Source of the DNA: Bdellovibrio sp. ZAP7
GTDB taxonomy: Bacteria > Bdellovibrionota > FAC87 > UBA2466
Assembly: GCA_945878405.1 (NCBI GenBank)
Contig: CAMCTJ010000001.1
Span: 70,304-134,303, forward strand
DNA length: 64,000 nt
Reading direction: 5' to 3'
The notes under the pieces are model-generated. The model was not told the DNA's origin. It was given only the letters and a program-made list of their open reading frames with translations, and searched no databases. The first letter of the stretch is position 1. The number at the start of each line of letters is the position of its first letter. Shown here piece by piece: positions 1 to 9,355 of the stretch. A program made the translations under genes and the position numbers.

Positions 1-147
1 GTCAATGCATACCTCTTGGGACCTGGTAGCCACATGTGGAAGTCTGAGCCTGAGCGTTTCACGGGTCGCATTGAGTGTGCCGGCCTTTATTGGCATTTTG
101 TAGATTTGGTCTGGATTTTCTTATTTCCGATTCTTTATCTTCTGTAA
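1..147 (+). CDS. Cytochrome c oxidase subunit III (CtaE/CoxC), C-terminal fragment truncated at the window start
   Basis: Frame 1 from nt 1 reads ...[27 protein letters not shown] and stops at 145-147. The YWHFVD(V/L)VW(L/I)FLF tail is characteristic of cox subunit III. A subunit IV-like gene follows. Confidence 0.65.
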   Translation, partial: VNAYLLGPGSHMWKSEPERFTGRIECAGLYWHFVDLVWIFLFPILYLL

Positions 148-159
148 GGAGAAGCACCC

Positions 160-480
160 ATGGCATCAGAACACATGTCCGTTGAGGAAGTGAAGAAACA
201 CATTAAGGTTTACTGGATGATTTTTGGCAGTCTGCTTGTGTTGACGGCAGTAACTGTGGGGATTTCCTACATCCACTTGTCCTTCACCTTTGCAGTGATA
301 TTAGCTCTCGTGGTTGCATCCACGAAGGCATCGTTGGTAGCTCTATACTTCATGCATTTGATCTCCGAAAAGACCGCTATTTATTTAACCTTGGCGCTTA
401 CAGCAGTTTTATTCGTGATCTTAATCGTAGTTCCTTGGATGATTCCCATGGGTGCGATGAGGAGTTGGCTTGTCTCTTAA
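160..480 (+). CDS. Small membrane protein, likely caa3-type cytochrome c oxidase subunit IV
   Basis: 106 aa with three predicted TM helices. Sits directly downstream of the cox III tail, and the N-terminal EEVKKHIKVYW resembles prokaryotic CoxIV family proteins. Confidence 0.55.
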   Translation: MASEHMSVEEVKKHIKVYWMIFGSLLVLTAVTVGISYIHLSFTFAVILALVVASTKASLVALYFMHLISEKTAIYLTLALTAVLFVILIVVPWMIPMGAMRSWLVS

Positions 481-880
481 GGTTGTTCATCTCTTTTTGA
501 TCCTGTGCTCAATTTTTCTCTCGGGATTTTTTGGAGTCTGGTCGCTTCAAAACTATACTTGGGATACGGATCCGTTACTGGTTTCTTTGGGATACTTGTC
601 CCTATCTGGAACAGGTGGCTTAGTTTTTTATCTTTTTTACTTTTTGAAGAAAACCAAAGGGTTTGGACTTCTCAGTTTGGTGTTGCTTGCTTCCGTTATT
701 CAGACCCAATCGGCCTGGGCTTGTGCTGTTTGCCAATTCGGCACTCCTGATTCTCCTCTTGTGCGAGCTATTAGAGAGGGAATTTGGGTTCTGTTATTTT
801 TGCTGGTTCCGGTTCTTGCCGGCTTTTTAGGCCTTTTTATTTTCTGGGCTAAAAGAGATAAAAAAATCTCCTCACTGTAA
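470..880 (+). CDS. Hypothetical integral membrane protein (4 TM, CxxC motif)
   Basis: 136-aa ORF overlapping the upstream gene by 11 nt. Hydrophobic segments throughout and a CAVCQFGTP motif. No family recognised. Confidence 0.4.
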   Translation: MSLKVVHLFLILCSIFLSGFFGVWSLQNYTWDTDPLLVSLGYLSLSGTGGLVFYLFYFLKKTKGFGLLSLVLLASVIQTQSAWACAVCQFGTPDSPLVRAIREGIWVLLFLLVPVLAGFLGLFIFWAKRDKKISSL

Positions 881-2008
881 CGTCACTTTAATCAGCTGGC
901 GATTCTCACTCTCATAAGATCCTTTTAACTTCGCAAGCACCAACAATGTTTTTCCATCACTGGAAAGCGCCAAGTGATGTTGATGAACGGGCCCGATGAT
1001 TTGATCCCGAAGGGGATGAAGGATAACGGGTTCACCATTCTCAAACGTGCGGGGATAAATCAGACTTAGCCCCTCTTCTTCACTCCAAACAGCAAGAGTT
1101 GTCTGACGAGGATTTAAAACCATGGGGATTCTTTGTCCAAAATTGTAAAAACGACAGCCATAAATACCGTCGTCCCATAAAAGATTCTTTTCAGGATGAT
1201 CTGTTCTTACAACGAACATGTTTTGATTTCCCGCCATAAGTTCCGGAAACTGGTAAACCTCTTTCACATTTCCAGGAATCAGAGTTGAATACTGGCCCGA
1301 TTGATAAAGCTTGCAAACAGGTAAACCGGCTAGTTCGCCTTCGATTTGGATATTAAAGTACGTCAACCGAGTGCATTGGTTTTCCTTCTTAACTCGATAG
1401 AGAAAAACGTTGGGATAGGAATGGCCTTCTCCAAGATGAAATACCTCTCCAACACTCGAGTAAAGGTTACAAATATGCGGCTTGACCCCTTTCTGACCAA
1501 AGGAATAGACCTCAATCTGTTGTTGGTTCGGCCGAACGATTGAAGAAGTGACGCTAAAAAGAGAATCTCGACCGAAAAATCGGTGCCAATAAAGATGCTT
1601 CACTCTTTTTTTAAGAGACCATTTCTGCCATCGCGGAGGATTCGTGCCGGTATCAAGTGCGATGGGAGAGCCGGCAAGAGTGACATACCGTTCGTCAGGA
1701 TCCTTCACTTTTGAGAGTGAAACAGAACTGGAACCCAACAGGAAACTTTTTCCACTCTTGAGATCCAACCGAAAGATTTTTCCTAATTGATTCCGATAAA
1801 CGATCTGATTTTTTCTTTCCCAAAAGATAAATTCATGAACGGTTCCTTTCACATCAAAGACATTAACGCCCATGTTTTGAATTTTGGTAATATCTGTCAA
1901 AGGATTGGGACCATCTCCGCCCAAACACTTAATTGAACCAATCTCAGCGGCGTTGATTTGAGCAACTAAACAACAAAAAAGACCTATAGCGAACTTCAGG
2001 TTTCTCAT
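872..2008 (-). CDS. Secreted hypothetical protein, copy 1 of the duplicated cassette (paralog of 3099..4175)
   Basis: 378-aa ORF. N-terminal signal peptide MRNLKFAIGLFCCLVAQINAAE. Its ATG overlaps the upstream regulator stop as ATGA (2005-2008). Distant similarity to the 3099..4175 product. Confidence 0.6.
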   Translation of the reverse strand: MRNLKFAIGLFCCLVAQINAAEIGSIKCLGGDGPNPLTDITKIQNMGVNVFDVKGTVHEFIFWERKNQIVYRNQLGKIFRLDLKSGKSFLLGSSSVSLSKVKDPDERYVTLAGSPIALDTGTNPPRWQKWSLKKRVKHLYWHRFFGRDSLFSVTSSIVRPNQQQIEVYSFGQKGVKPHICNLYSSVGEVFHLGEGHSYPNVFLYRVKKENQCTRLTYFNIQIEGELAGLPVCKLYQSGQYSTLIPGNVKEVYQFPELMAGNQNMFVVRTDHPEKNLLWDDGIYGCRFYNFGQRIPMVLNPRQTTLAVWSEEEGLSLIYPRTFENGEPVILHPLRDQIIGPVHQHHLALSSDGKTLLVLAKLKGSYESENRQLIKVTLQ

Positions 2009-3078
2009 ACTTCTCCCTCGCGAATCGTAACTTTAGGAACTAGGCGATACCCGCCCTCTTCAAAAGAAATTGGGTCCGAATCAAAATCTAGCTCTAACAG
2101 TATTTTTCTTAAGCAATGAATCTGATAATGCAACCTGCCATCGTCAGATGCAGGTTCATATTCTTTTTTAAAAATCTTTTTGGCTAATTGTGATTTGTCG
2201 ATCCACTCTTTTTTCGTAAAGACCTCAAATATTTTTGCGGGGATGGTTTGATAGCTAAGTTCAATCCTTTTATCGTTACAGAAAACTGTCCATCCTTGTA
2301 TCCCGTTTTCACAAAAAAGTTCTGGAGTAATCGGCGTTGTATTTAATTTCTTTTCCAGAGCTGAGATTTGGGCCTTTAATGTTTTAAAGGGGCTTTTGTC
2401 GACAATCGCTTTTGTTTCAACCAAGAGTTTTTCAGCTTGTTCTTTATCTCCACGAAGTAGGTAAAGCCCGCCCAGAATGATTTTCCCGGAAAAATAGGCA
2501 TACCAATCTAGAATGGGGTCCACCCCTTCGAAAAACTTTGTTATTTTCCTTTCAGCTAGTTCGAGTTTACCCTCGTCTCGTAGCATTTTTATGCGCCACA
2601 ATTCCAAATTAAGTTGTGTGGGTCGATCTTTTGAATCCACGATAGAGTCGATTATTCTTCGACAGGCATCTACGCTATCCCCTTCGCAATCGTAGCAGTA
2701 GGCGAGCAACATTTTGGCCTTCGTGTGCAGGTACCCTGAGTCTGGGTTGGCAATAACCTTTGTTAGAATCTCTTTCGCATAAGTCAGATTTCTTTTACTG
2801 CCTAGAATCGAGACTTCGGCTAGTTGATAATAAAGCTCATCCGTTTGCCATTTTAATGAAAGGGTCTCGATCTGGTTGAGGTAAAAGTTGAGTTCTCGTT
2901 CTTTTCCTAACTCTAATAGACAGCGAATAAAGTAACTTAAATAAAGCGCATGTTCTGGCTGAGGCGAAAAAGGAAGACGATCAAAGAACCGACGGAAGAT
3001 TGCATAAGCGTCATGGAGCTTCCATGAAAAGAATAACTCCTTCGCTTTGTCTAGGTCCTTTGTATGCTTCTCAAGCAT
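2005..3078 (-). CDS. Transcriptional regulator, N-terminal TPR-like helical domain plus C-terminal OmpR/PhoB-type winged helix (copy 1)
   Basis: 357 aa. The C-terminus RLHYQIHCLRKILLELD...GGYRLVP matches the trans_reg_C pattern (V.VHI..LRKKL...GYRL). The N-terminal roughly 250 aa is helical-repeat-like. No receiver domain. Paralog of 4172..5251. Confidence 0.6.
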   Translation of the reverse strand: MLEKHTKDLDKAKELFFSWKLHDAYAIFRRFFDRLPFSPQPEHALYLSYFIRCLLELGKERELNFYLNQIETLSLKWQTDELYYQLAEVSILGSKRNLTYAKEILTKVIANPDSGYLHTKAKMLLAYCYDCEGDSVDACRRIIDSIVDSKDRPTQLNLELWRIKMLRDEGKLELAERKITKFFEGVDPILDWYAYFSGKIILGGLYLLRGDKEQAEKLLVETKAIVDKSPFKTLKAQISALEKKLNTTPITPELFCENGIQGWTVFCNDKRIELSYQTIPAKIFEVFTKKEWIDKSQLAKKIFKKEYEPASDDGRLHYQIHCLRKILLELDFDSDPISFEEGGYRLVPKVTIREGEV

Positions 3079-3098
3079 CTTGTCGTTAACTGTGTTTT

Positions 3099-4175
3099 CT
3101 ATCTGTTTAATCCCTTTAAACTAACCGTGTGGAGCGCGCGGCCTCCCGACTTATCTCTTCGCTCTTTGGTGCTAATAAAAAGTCGTTCTGCTTCTGAATC
3201 GACCCAAATTTGATTTCCTTCGAGAAATCCTCTATCGACTGAGAGTTCCAGGGTGAAATACCGACCGGTCAGCAGCGAATAAACACCAACTCCTTTTTGT
3301 CGATTAATATTAATTACAAGTGGACTTTTATGGTTGGGAATATAGGAAAGCCCTGCAGGTAAATTTGCGACTAAAAAGGCGCCTGGCTTACCAAAATACA
3401 TATTGGTTGTTTCATGATCCGTTAAAACTGCTAACTCTTGCCCGCCAAATGCCCAGTTAACCGAAGTTACATTCCCTTTTACTAATTCGGGCTCTTTAGA
3501 TTGAACTTCAATCTGGCACTGACCATTTCGCATTCTGAGGTCTAGTGTATAAAAGTTTAACTCGGCACCTCCCTCAATACTCTTTTCACTGTAGAGCAAT
3601 AGGTGCGAGGCTAGGTGGCCAGCACCGAACTTGAGATTCTTGGGATTGTCGTTAGGAACAAAATCACAAGTTTTATGTCGAATCTGATTCTTTTCTTGGT
3701 CGTAAATAAAATAGGATATCCGCCAGGCTTCACTATTAAGCCGTTCTAATTTCTTAAGTAGGTACAGTTCATTTTGATCCCAGTAAAGAAATCGAACAGA
3801 ACCTGGTAAACGGATCTCCTGCCCCTTATTTTTACCCACCACTCTGAAAATATTCTTTAAGTCGGAAGAGAGAACCATTTTTCCATCGGCACCAGAAATG
3901 GGGAAGAGTTCATTAATGAATCCTCCAAATTGTTGCTCCTCGCTGTTATTAAAATCGTAAACACGCAGCTTTAATCTTGAATCAACATACGCCAGTTTGT
4001 TCCTTCCCTCTAAAACTGAATAGGAGGTAATCATTCCCTGGAGAGGGATAGTGACTTTTCTAGGTGCGGGAATTCGAGAGAAAGGAGTAGGTCCGTCACT
4101 CCCAATGATTTCAAAAGCAATTAAACCTTTAGATAAACCTAATAAAATAAACGCCCAGAAAAAAATAGATCTCAT
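3099..4175 (-). CDS. Secreted hypothetical protein, copy 2 of the duplicated cassette
   Basis: The ORF track starts at 4214. The internal Met at 4175 gives the signal peptide MRSIFFWAFILLGLSKGLIA and an ATGA overlap (4172-4175) with the upstream regulator stop. Confidence 0.55.
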   Translation of the reverse strand: MRSIFFWAFILLGLSKGLIAFEIIGSDGPTPFSRIPAPRKVTIPLQGMITSYSVLEGRNKLAYVDSRLKLRVYDFNNSEEQQFGGFINELFPISGADGKMVLSSDLKNIFRVVGKNKGQEIRLPGSVRFLYWDQNELYLLKKLERLNSEAWRISYFIYDQEKNQIRHKTCDFVPNDNPKNLKFGAGHLASHLLLYSEKSIEGGAELNFYTLDLRMRNGQCQIEVQSKEPELVKGNVTSVNWAFGGQELAVLTDHETTNMYFGKPGAFLVANLPAGLSYIPNHKSPLVININRQKGVGVYSLLTGRYFTLELSVDRGFLEGNQIWVDSEAERLFISTKERRDKSGGRALHTVSLKGLNR

Positions 4176-5251
4176 GAAATATCCTCCCCCACTTCGGACA
4201 CTTCGGGAACCCATCGATACCCAAATGATTCCTTGGTTACAAGTTTTTGCGAGAATCCCAATTTGAGAAGGTGTTTTTTGAGAAGATGCAGCTGACCATA
4301 AATTAACTTATCGTCTTTCTTAGACCGGTAATTTCTGCGATATAATCGCTGTATGATTTCCTGCTTCGGAAGAACCTTTTCGCGAATGAGGGAAAGAAGC
4401 AATTTCTGCCAAGGCTTATCCCCGTTGAGCTGTAAAATTCTATCTTCATATTTCAGAACGCTCGAGGTTCTGGTGCGCTCCCAAATTAAAGGAACAGAAT
4501 GATTATGTCCCTTGATTTGGTCCGCTAAGTGATCGATCTGCCTCTTGATAGTTCTTAGTGGATATCGGTCACAATAAGCTCTTACTTCCTTGATAATAGA
4601 AAGCAATCTATCAAATCGCTCTTGGCGCAGGTACACGCCCCCCAAAATTACTTGGCACGATAGATAAGCATGCCAATGAAAATGAGCTTTGACAGTAGCC
4701 AGGAAAGTTCCCAGTGCTCGCTCTGCATCTTCAATCTGACCCGAATCTCTCAATATTTTGGCTTTCCACACGGAAACCAAATCGACTAGATAGGGATCTA
4801 ATCCATCCAAATTGATGGATGAGATGATCGAGTCACAAACCTTCCAATCTCTCGAAATGATGTCGTGACAGGTGGCTAACCCCATCTTAGTTCGTGCCAA
4901 CAGATTGACATCCTGACTCTTAAATAAAATTCTTTCAAAGGTCTCTCGAGCCAATTCAAGATCGCCCGATTCCTGAGTTAAATAAGAAAGCCCCACTTGA
5001 TAATCTAGTTCGGGAGTTCGTTTTTTTTCTGGAACAGTCACGAGCTTTTGTCGGTAACTTTTTAAATCTTCATCTTTGCCCAACTCATAGAGAGTCCGTA
5101 TGAACATTGAAAAGAATTCTACAAGTTCACAACTTTCCTCAATGCTCATGGAATCAAATGTTTGTTTGAAGAGCGGATACGCTCCTTCCAGTCTGAGCTC
5201 ATAATATAAGGAGCGAGCTTTCATTAAATGGGAGGGGATTTGGTAATTCAT
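4172..5251 (-). CDS. Transcriptional regulator, TPR-like N-terminal domain plus C-terminal OmpR-type winged helix (copy 2)
   Basis: C-terminus LIYGQLHLLKKHLLKLG...FGYRWVP (trans_reg_C-like). Aligns along its length with 2005..3078 (AYPLFKQTFD vs AYAIFRRFFD; ILGGVYL vs ILGGLYL). Start chosen at MNYQ (5251) by paralog alignment; the ORF track start at 5323 is the alternative. Confidence 0.55.
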   Translation of the reverse strand: MNYQIPSHLMKARSLYYELRLEGAYPLFKQTFDSMSIEESCELVEFFSMFIRTLYELGKDEDLKSYRQKLVTVPEKKRTPELDYQVGLSYLTQESGDLELARETFERILFKSQDVNLLARTKMGLATCHDIISRDWKVCDSIISSINLDGLDPYLVDLVSVWKAKILRDSGQIEDAERALGTFLATVKAHFHWHAYLSCQVILGGVYLRQERFDRLLSIIKEVRAYCDRYPLRTIKRQIDHLADQIKGHNHSVPLIWERTRTSSVLKYEDRILQLNGDKPWQKLLLSLIREKVLPKQEIIQRLYRRNYRSKKDDKLIYGQLHLLKKHLLKLGFSQKLVTKESFGYRWVPEVSEVGEDIS

Positions 5252-5416
5252 TTTGGGGAAAAGTACCACATTCACAGGGTAGGTGTAAAAAACGTTTGGA
5301 GGGGTGGCGCGTCGCACCAACAACCCGCAAAGGGATTGACTCAGTCAGCCTAGATTGAGCTTCGCAGCAAGTGCGATCATATTGAGGTAGTTTCCTCATT
5401 CTCTCACTCTGCACTC

Positions 5417-6052
5417 ATGAACATACTTTCACACCGAGGACTCTGGAAAGAGCCTCACAACCAAAACCAACTGTCGTCTTTTGCGACGAGTCAGGTCGAG
5501 GGATTCGGAACTGAAACCGATCTGCGTTCTTACTCCGGAGAACTGTATCTTTCTCATGATCCGATTGGTTCTCCCTCCGGGAAGCTCAAATTTGAAGATT
5601 TATTAACCCTCTGGGTCAAGCGCCCTGAATTGCCTCTTTTTCTCAATATCAAAGAAGATGGCCTTCTTCCGTTCCTAAAACCGTATCAACCCTTATTAGA
5701 GAAGCTGAGAGTGGTTTTTTTCGACATGAGTGTTCCCCAGCTCGTTCAGTTTTCAAAAGTTTTTCCCAGAGAAATGTTAGCTACTCGTTTTTCCGAATAT
5801 GAACGAGAGCCATCAGCTCAAGATCTTTGCAACTGGCTTTGGGTAGATAGCTTTAATTCAGATCCAGAACTCGATGTCTTAAGGCCGTTTGTGAGTGAAA
5901 AGAAAATGTCGCTCGCGATTGTTTCGCCCGATCTTCACGGTCGCGATCCGAAACCTATTTGGAGAAGGCTCAGAACTGAAAGAGCATTCCCCAACGACTC
6001 CCTCTATCTCTGTACAGACGCACCCCACGAATTTTCAAAGGAATCAGTATGA
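5417..6052 (+). CDS. Glycerophosphodiester phosphodiesterase (GDPD)-like protein
   Basis: N-terminal ILSHRG...EGFGTETDLR...LSHDP reproduces the GDPD catalytic HRG / E-x-D / HD spacing. Stop overlaps the next gene start (ATGA at 6049-6052). Confidence 0.55.
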   Translation: MNILSHRGLWKEPHNQNQLSSFATSQVEGFGTETDLRSYSGELYLSHDPIGSPSGKLKFEDLLTLWVKRPELPLFLNIKEDGLLPFLKPYQPLLEKLRVVFFDMSVPQLVQFSKVFPREMLATRFSEYEREPSAQDLCNWLWVDSFNSDPELDVLRPFVSEKKMSLAIVSPDLHGRDPKPIWRRLRTERAFPNDSLYLCTDAPHEFSKESV

Positions 6053-7440
6053 TCAAAGCCGTTATTTTTGACTTAGATGGCGTTCTTGTTGATGCGGTCA
6101 CTTTGCACTATCAAGCATTTAGTCGAGCCATAAACTTGTTTGGCTTTGAAGTTCCTCCGGCAATTCATGGTTTTAACTATAATGGGTTACCCACGACGGT
6201 AAAACTGGAGATGCTCTCTCAGTTTTCCGCTCTTCCGAGAGGGTTACATGCCTTCATCAATGAAATGAAACAGGTTTACACTCAGGAACTCTTGAACCAA
6301 AAATTAAAGCCCTCCCTAATCCAAATCAATTTACTAAAAACACTTCGCGATCGAGGAATGAAGTTGGCCGTAGCTTCGAATTGCACCCGAAGCACCGTCG
6401 ACCTGGTTTTAGAAAAACTTCAGATCCGACCATTTTTTGATGTCATTCTCTCCAAAGACGATGTCAGCAAATCTAAACCTGATCCTGAAATGTATTTGAA
6501 ATGCTTTAAACAACTCGGAATAAATGGAGATGAAGCTCTCATTTTGGAGGATTCTCGACCCGGTGTTATAGCGGCACAGAAGGCTACTTCAAACGTGTCC
6601 ATTGTAAAAAGTCCCACCGAAGTTAATCTCTCTTATTTAAATTCTCAAATAGCGAAATTTAGAGACCAGACCTATTTAGATTCGCGAACAGTTGAAATTG
6701 TAATTCCGATGGCAGGTTTGGGCTCTCGCTTTTCGGATGTGGGATATGTGGATCCCAAGCCCCTCATTAAAGTAAATGGCAAACCCATGATCCAATGGGT
6801 CATCGAGAATCTGAGTTCGCAGAATTATCGAACCCACTTCAACTTCATTGTTAATCGAACTCATTTGGAAAACTTTGATTTAGAACGGCGCCTTACCGAA
6901 CTTGCACCGGGCTGTCAGATTATTTCTGTGCCTCAGAAGACGGAAGGAGCGGCCTGTACGGTACTTTTGGCACTCGATCGAATTGCTCTGGACAGACCAC
7001 TCATCATTGCCAATTCGGATCAGTTCGTCGAAAGCTCTTTCGAGGAATTTCTGAAGACGGGTTTAGAATCAGATAGAGACGGATTGATCATGACGTTCCC
7101 AGCAAAAGAGACCAAGTGGAGTTATGCCCGTATAGATGAGCAAGGGTTAGTGGTTGAAGTGGCTGAGAAAAAACCCATTAGTTCTCATGCGACAGTCGGA
7201 ATTTACTATTTTAAAACGGGAGAACTTTTCCAAAGAGCGAGTTATTCAATGATTCGCTCGAACATGAGAACTAACAATGAGTTTTACGTGTGCCCTGTCT
7301 ATAATGAACTTATTCAGGCGGGTGGCAAAGTAAGCATTTTTCCCATTCCCGCAGAAGCCATGCATGGCCTGGGGACCCCGGAAGATCTAGACATTTTTCT
7401 CCAGCGTTCAGTTAAACACTCTCAGCCTCTGGCTGCGTAA
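6049..7440 (+). CDS. Bifunctional protein: N-terminal HAD-superfamily (beta-phosphoglucomutase-like) phosphatase fused to a C-terminal sugar-/alcohol-phosphate nucleotidyltransferase (LicC/MobA-like fold)
   Basis: N-terminus MIKAVIFDLDGVLVDA (HAD motif I), with later ...SKSKPDPEMY... and ...ILEDS... motifs. The C-terminal half begins EIVIPMAGLGSRF (G-x-G-x-R nucleotidyltransferase signature) and ends ...HGLGTPEDLDIF, as in LicC/IspD-type NTP transferases. Confidence 0.65.
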   Translation: MIKAVIFDLDGVLVDAVTLHYQAFSRAINLFGFEVPPAIHGFNYNGLPTTVKLEMLSQFSALPRGLHAFINEMKQVYTQELLNQKLKPSLIQINLLKTLRDRGMKLAVASNCTRSTVDLVLEKLQIRPFFDVILSKDDVSKSKPDPEMYLKCFKQLGINGDEALILEDSRPGVIAAQKATSNVSIVKSPTEVNLSYLNSQIAKFRDQTYLDSRTVEIVIPMAGLGSRFSDVGYVDPKPLIKVNGKPMIQWVIENLSSQNYRTHFNFIVNRTHLENFDLERRLTELAPGCQIISVPQKTEGAACTVLLALDRIALDRPLIIANSDQFVESSFEEFLKTGLESDRDGLIMTFPAKETKWSYARIDEQGLVVEVAEKKPISSHATVGIYYFKTGELFQRASYSMIRSNMRTNNEFYVCPVYNELIQAGGKVSIFPIPAEAMHGLGTPEDLDIFLQRSVKHSQPLAA

Positions 7441-8143
7441 CTAACTCGGCAAGCGCATTAGCTATCTCGGCTTTGGTCCTTAATTTCTGAACCTGTCCCT
7501 TTTTGGTAACTATCCAGAGCGGGTGACTTCCCTTTTTTATTTGGGGAAGAAAATTCACACAGACCGCATGGTGTTTTTTTCTCGCTAAAAGGTCGTGTGC
7601 AAATTCTAAAAGTTCCTTTCGATTTTTTCGCTCCCATTCCAACTTGAAGCCAATTCTTTTTATTCGGGGGTAGCTCTGGCCCACTCGATCAATGATTTTC
7701 GGGGTCGGAACTAATTCAATTTTCCATTTTTTGTTTTGTGAGCTGACTTTACCCGAGATTACTTTCTGCGGTTTAAAATCCAAAACAGCAGCGGCAAAAA
7801 TTGCGTAATCCGGTTTGTAGGCGCGACAGAGCTTCAAAGTGGCATCAGCCATTTCATCTGCTGTTTCCACCTCTACCAGCTTTTTGAATGAAAGTTTTGA
7901 AAAGGGTTGTTGAGTCGGACCTACCACTGCAAAAAGCTCAATTCCTTTTTTGGTAAGTGCTTGGGATAAGCAAAAACCTAATTCTCCCGTCGAGTAATTG
8001 CTCAGGTATCTGACGCTATCAAGATACGCTCGAGTCGGCCCTGCCGTGAGAACTACGCGGATCGGGCGTTTTTTCTTAGGTTTTTGTTTCAAAACTTTAC
8101 CCTTTCTCGTCAAAAAGATGACTCTGTCCGTTGGAATAAACAA
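7412..8143 (-). CDS. coaB: Phosphopantothenate--cysteine ligase (CoaB domain of the Dfp family), stand-alone
   Basis: VVLTAGPTRAYLDSVRYLSNYSTGELGFCLSQA matches the CoaB ITAGPT...D.VR.I.N.SSGK.G core. No CoaC flavoprotein half is present. Confidence 0.7.
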   Translation of the reverse strand: MFIPTDRVIFLTRKGKVLKQKPKKKRPIRVVLTAGPTRAYLDSVRYLSNYSTGELGFCLSQALTKKGIELFAVVGPTQQPFSKLSFKKLVEVETADEMADATLKLCRAYKPDYAIFAAAVLDFKPQKVISGKVSSQNKKWKIELVPTPKIIDRVGQSYPRIKRIGFKLEWERKNRKELLEFAHDLLARKKHHAVCVNFLPQIKKGSHPLWIVTKKGQVQKLRTKAEIANALAELVTQPEAESV

Positions 8144-8453
8144 ACGAGCGCGTTGCGTTAATTTGTTTCTGCTTCACTCTGAGAACTAACAAAAAGCATT
8201 TTAAAAACAAAGTGTTTTAAAGTTCCACTCAAATCACAGTGCAGCGCAACACAAAAACACGACGCAACATGTTGTTTTTTTTACTAAACTTATATTCTCG
8301 GGCGTCGAAGAAGTGTTTGGCAGACGGAAAATTTTTAGAGAATAACTCTCTAGCTGTCGGCCCACTCTGCAAGGAAGTAGCAGAGCGCTCTTAAGAAATA
8401 AAAGAGCGATTCACAAGGAAGGAGGTGCAATTAGGTAAAAGGGGGTTACTCCC

Positions 8454-9287
8454 ATGGGCTTAAGAATTAACACTAACGAACTCAGCCTTGCGGCTCAACG
8501 CAATTTGGAACAAACCGAAAGGCGAATGCACTCCGTTGTGGAACGCCTCGCCAGCGGAAGCCGAATCACAAAGGCTTCTGACGATCCAGCCGGTCTATCA
8601 ATTTCTGACGCTTTAAATGCTCAAGTACGAAGCTTAGGCCAAGCCATTAGAAATGCCCAAGATGGTATTTCACTGGTCCAAGTGTACGAAGGTGGCACTA
8701 ACGAAATCAATAATATGTTGGTCCGCATGAGAGAGCTAGCCATGCAATCGGCCACAGATACTGTGGGCGATAGAGAGCGCTCCATGATCGATAACGAAGT
8801 CCAACAGTTGAAAATGGAAATTGATCGAGTAGCTAAGTCTACCAAATATGCTAGTCGAGAACTTCTTGCCGGTGAACAAGTCCGCCTTGATTTCCAAGTG
8901 GGCATCAACAATGAAGATAATGTAGATAGAATCACGTTTGACCCAGGAAACACTAATCTGACAGCCTCTGGGATTGACGTCGATGGAATCTCAGTTACCG
9001 ATAAGGATGGAGCCCAAGGTGCTCTTTCAGCAGTGGACGAAGCTTTGGTTAAAGTGAATGATATTCGCTCACGAATCGGAGCGATTCAAGGCCGTTTAAA
9101 TTCGACTCAGATCGCGCAGAGCATCTTCCAAGAAAACCTATCAGCTGCACGATCTCGAATTCGCGATGCTGATATCGCTCAGGAGAGCGCAAACTTGGCG
9201 AGAGAATCTATTTTGAGACAAGCTGGTGTATCAGTACTGACTCAAGCAAACCAAACACCCTACTTAGCACTCAATTTGCTGAAGTAA
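8454..9287 (+). CDS. fliC: Flagellin
   Basis: N-terminal MGLRINTNELSLAAQRNL...RLASGSRITKASDDPAGLSISD and the C-terminal conserved flagellin helix ...ILRQAGVSVLTQANQTPYLALNLLK. Good SD (AAGGAAGGAGG) upstream. Confidence 0.95.
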   Translation: MGLRINTNELSLAAQRNLEQTERRMHSVVERLASGSRITKASDDPAGLSISDALNAQVRSLGQAIRNAQDGISLVQVYEGGTNEINNMLVRMRELAMQSATDTVGDRERSMIDNEVQQLKMEIDRVAKSTKYASRELLAGEQVRLDFQVGINNEDNVDRITFDPGNTNLTASGIDVDGISVTDKDGAQGALSAVDEALVKVNDIRSRIGAIQGRLNSTQIAQSIFQENLSAARSRIRDADIAQESANLARESILRQAGVSVLTQANQTPYLALNLLK

Positions 9288-9355
9288 CAAAAGGACTAAG
9301 GGCGGACCACCTGAGGGAAGAGCTGACACGGTTGGGCGTAGACTTTAATTAACCC

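Noticed and set aside
8144-8453. Looked for a sigma-28 (TAAA-N15-GCCGATAA) promoter upstream of fliC
   Set aside because: No convincing match to the enteric FliA consensus could be seen by eye; only a TAAAGTT at about 8218 with no suitable -10. The lineage's FliA motif may differ, so this is left unannotated.
8621-8953. Antisense or embedded ORFs of 60-135 aa inside large confident genes (for example 8621..8953, 15148..15555, 42017..42283, 45386..45922)
   Set aside because: They fall entirely within flagellin, sucD, the kinase, dapF and similar genes on the opposite strand or in another frame, and lack start context. Treated as frame noise.
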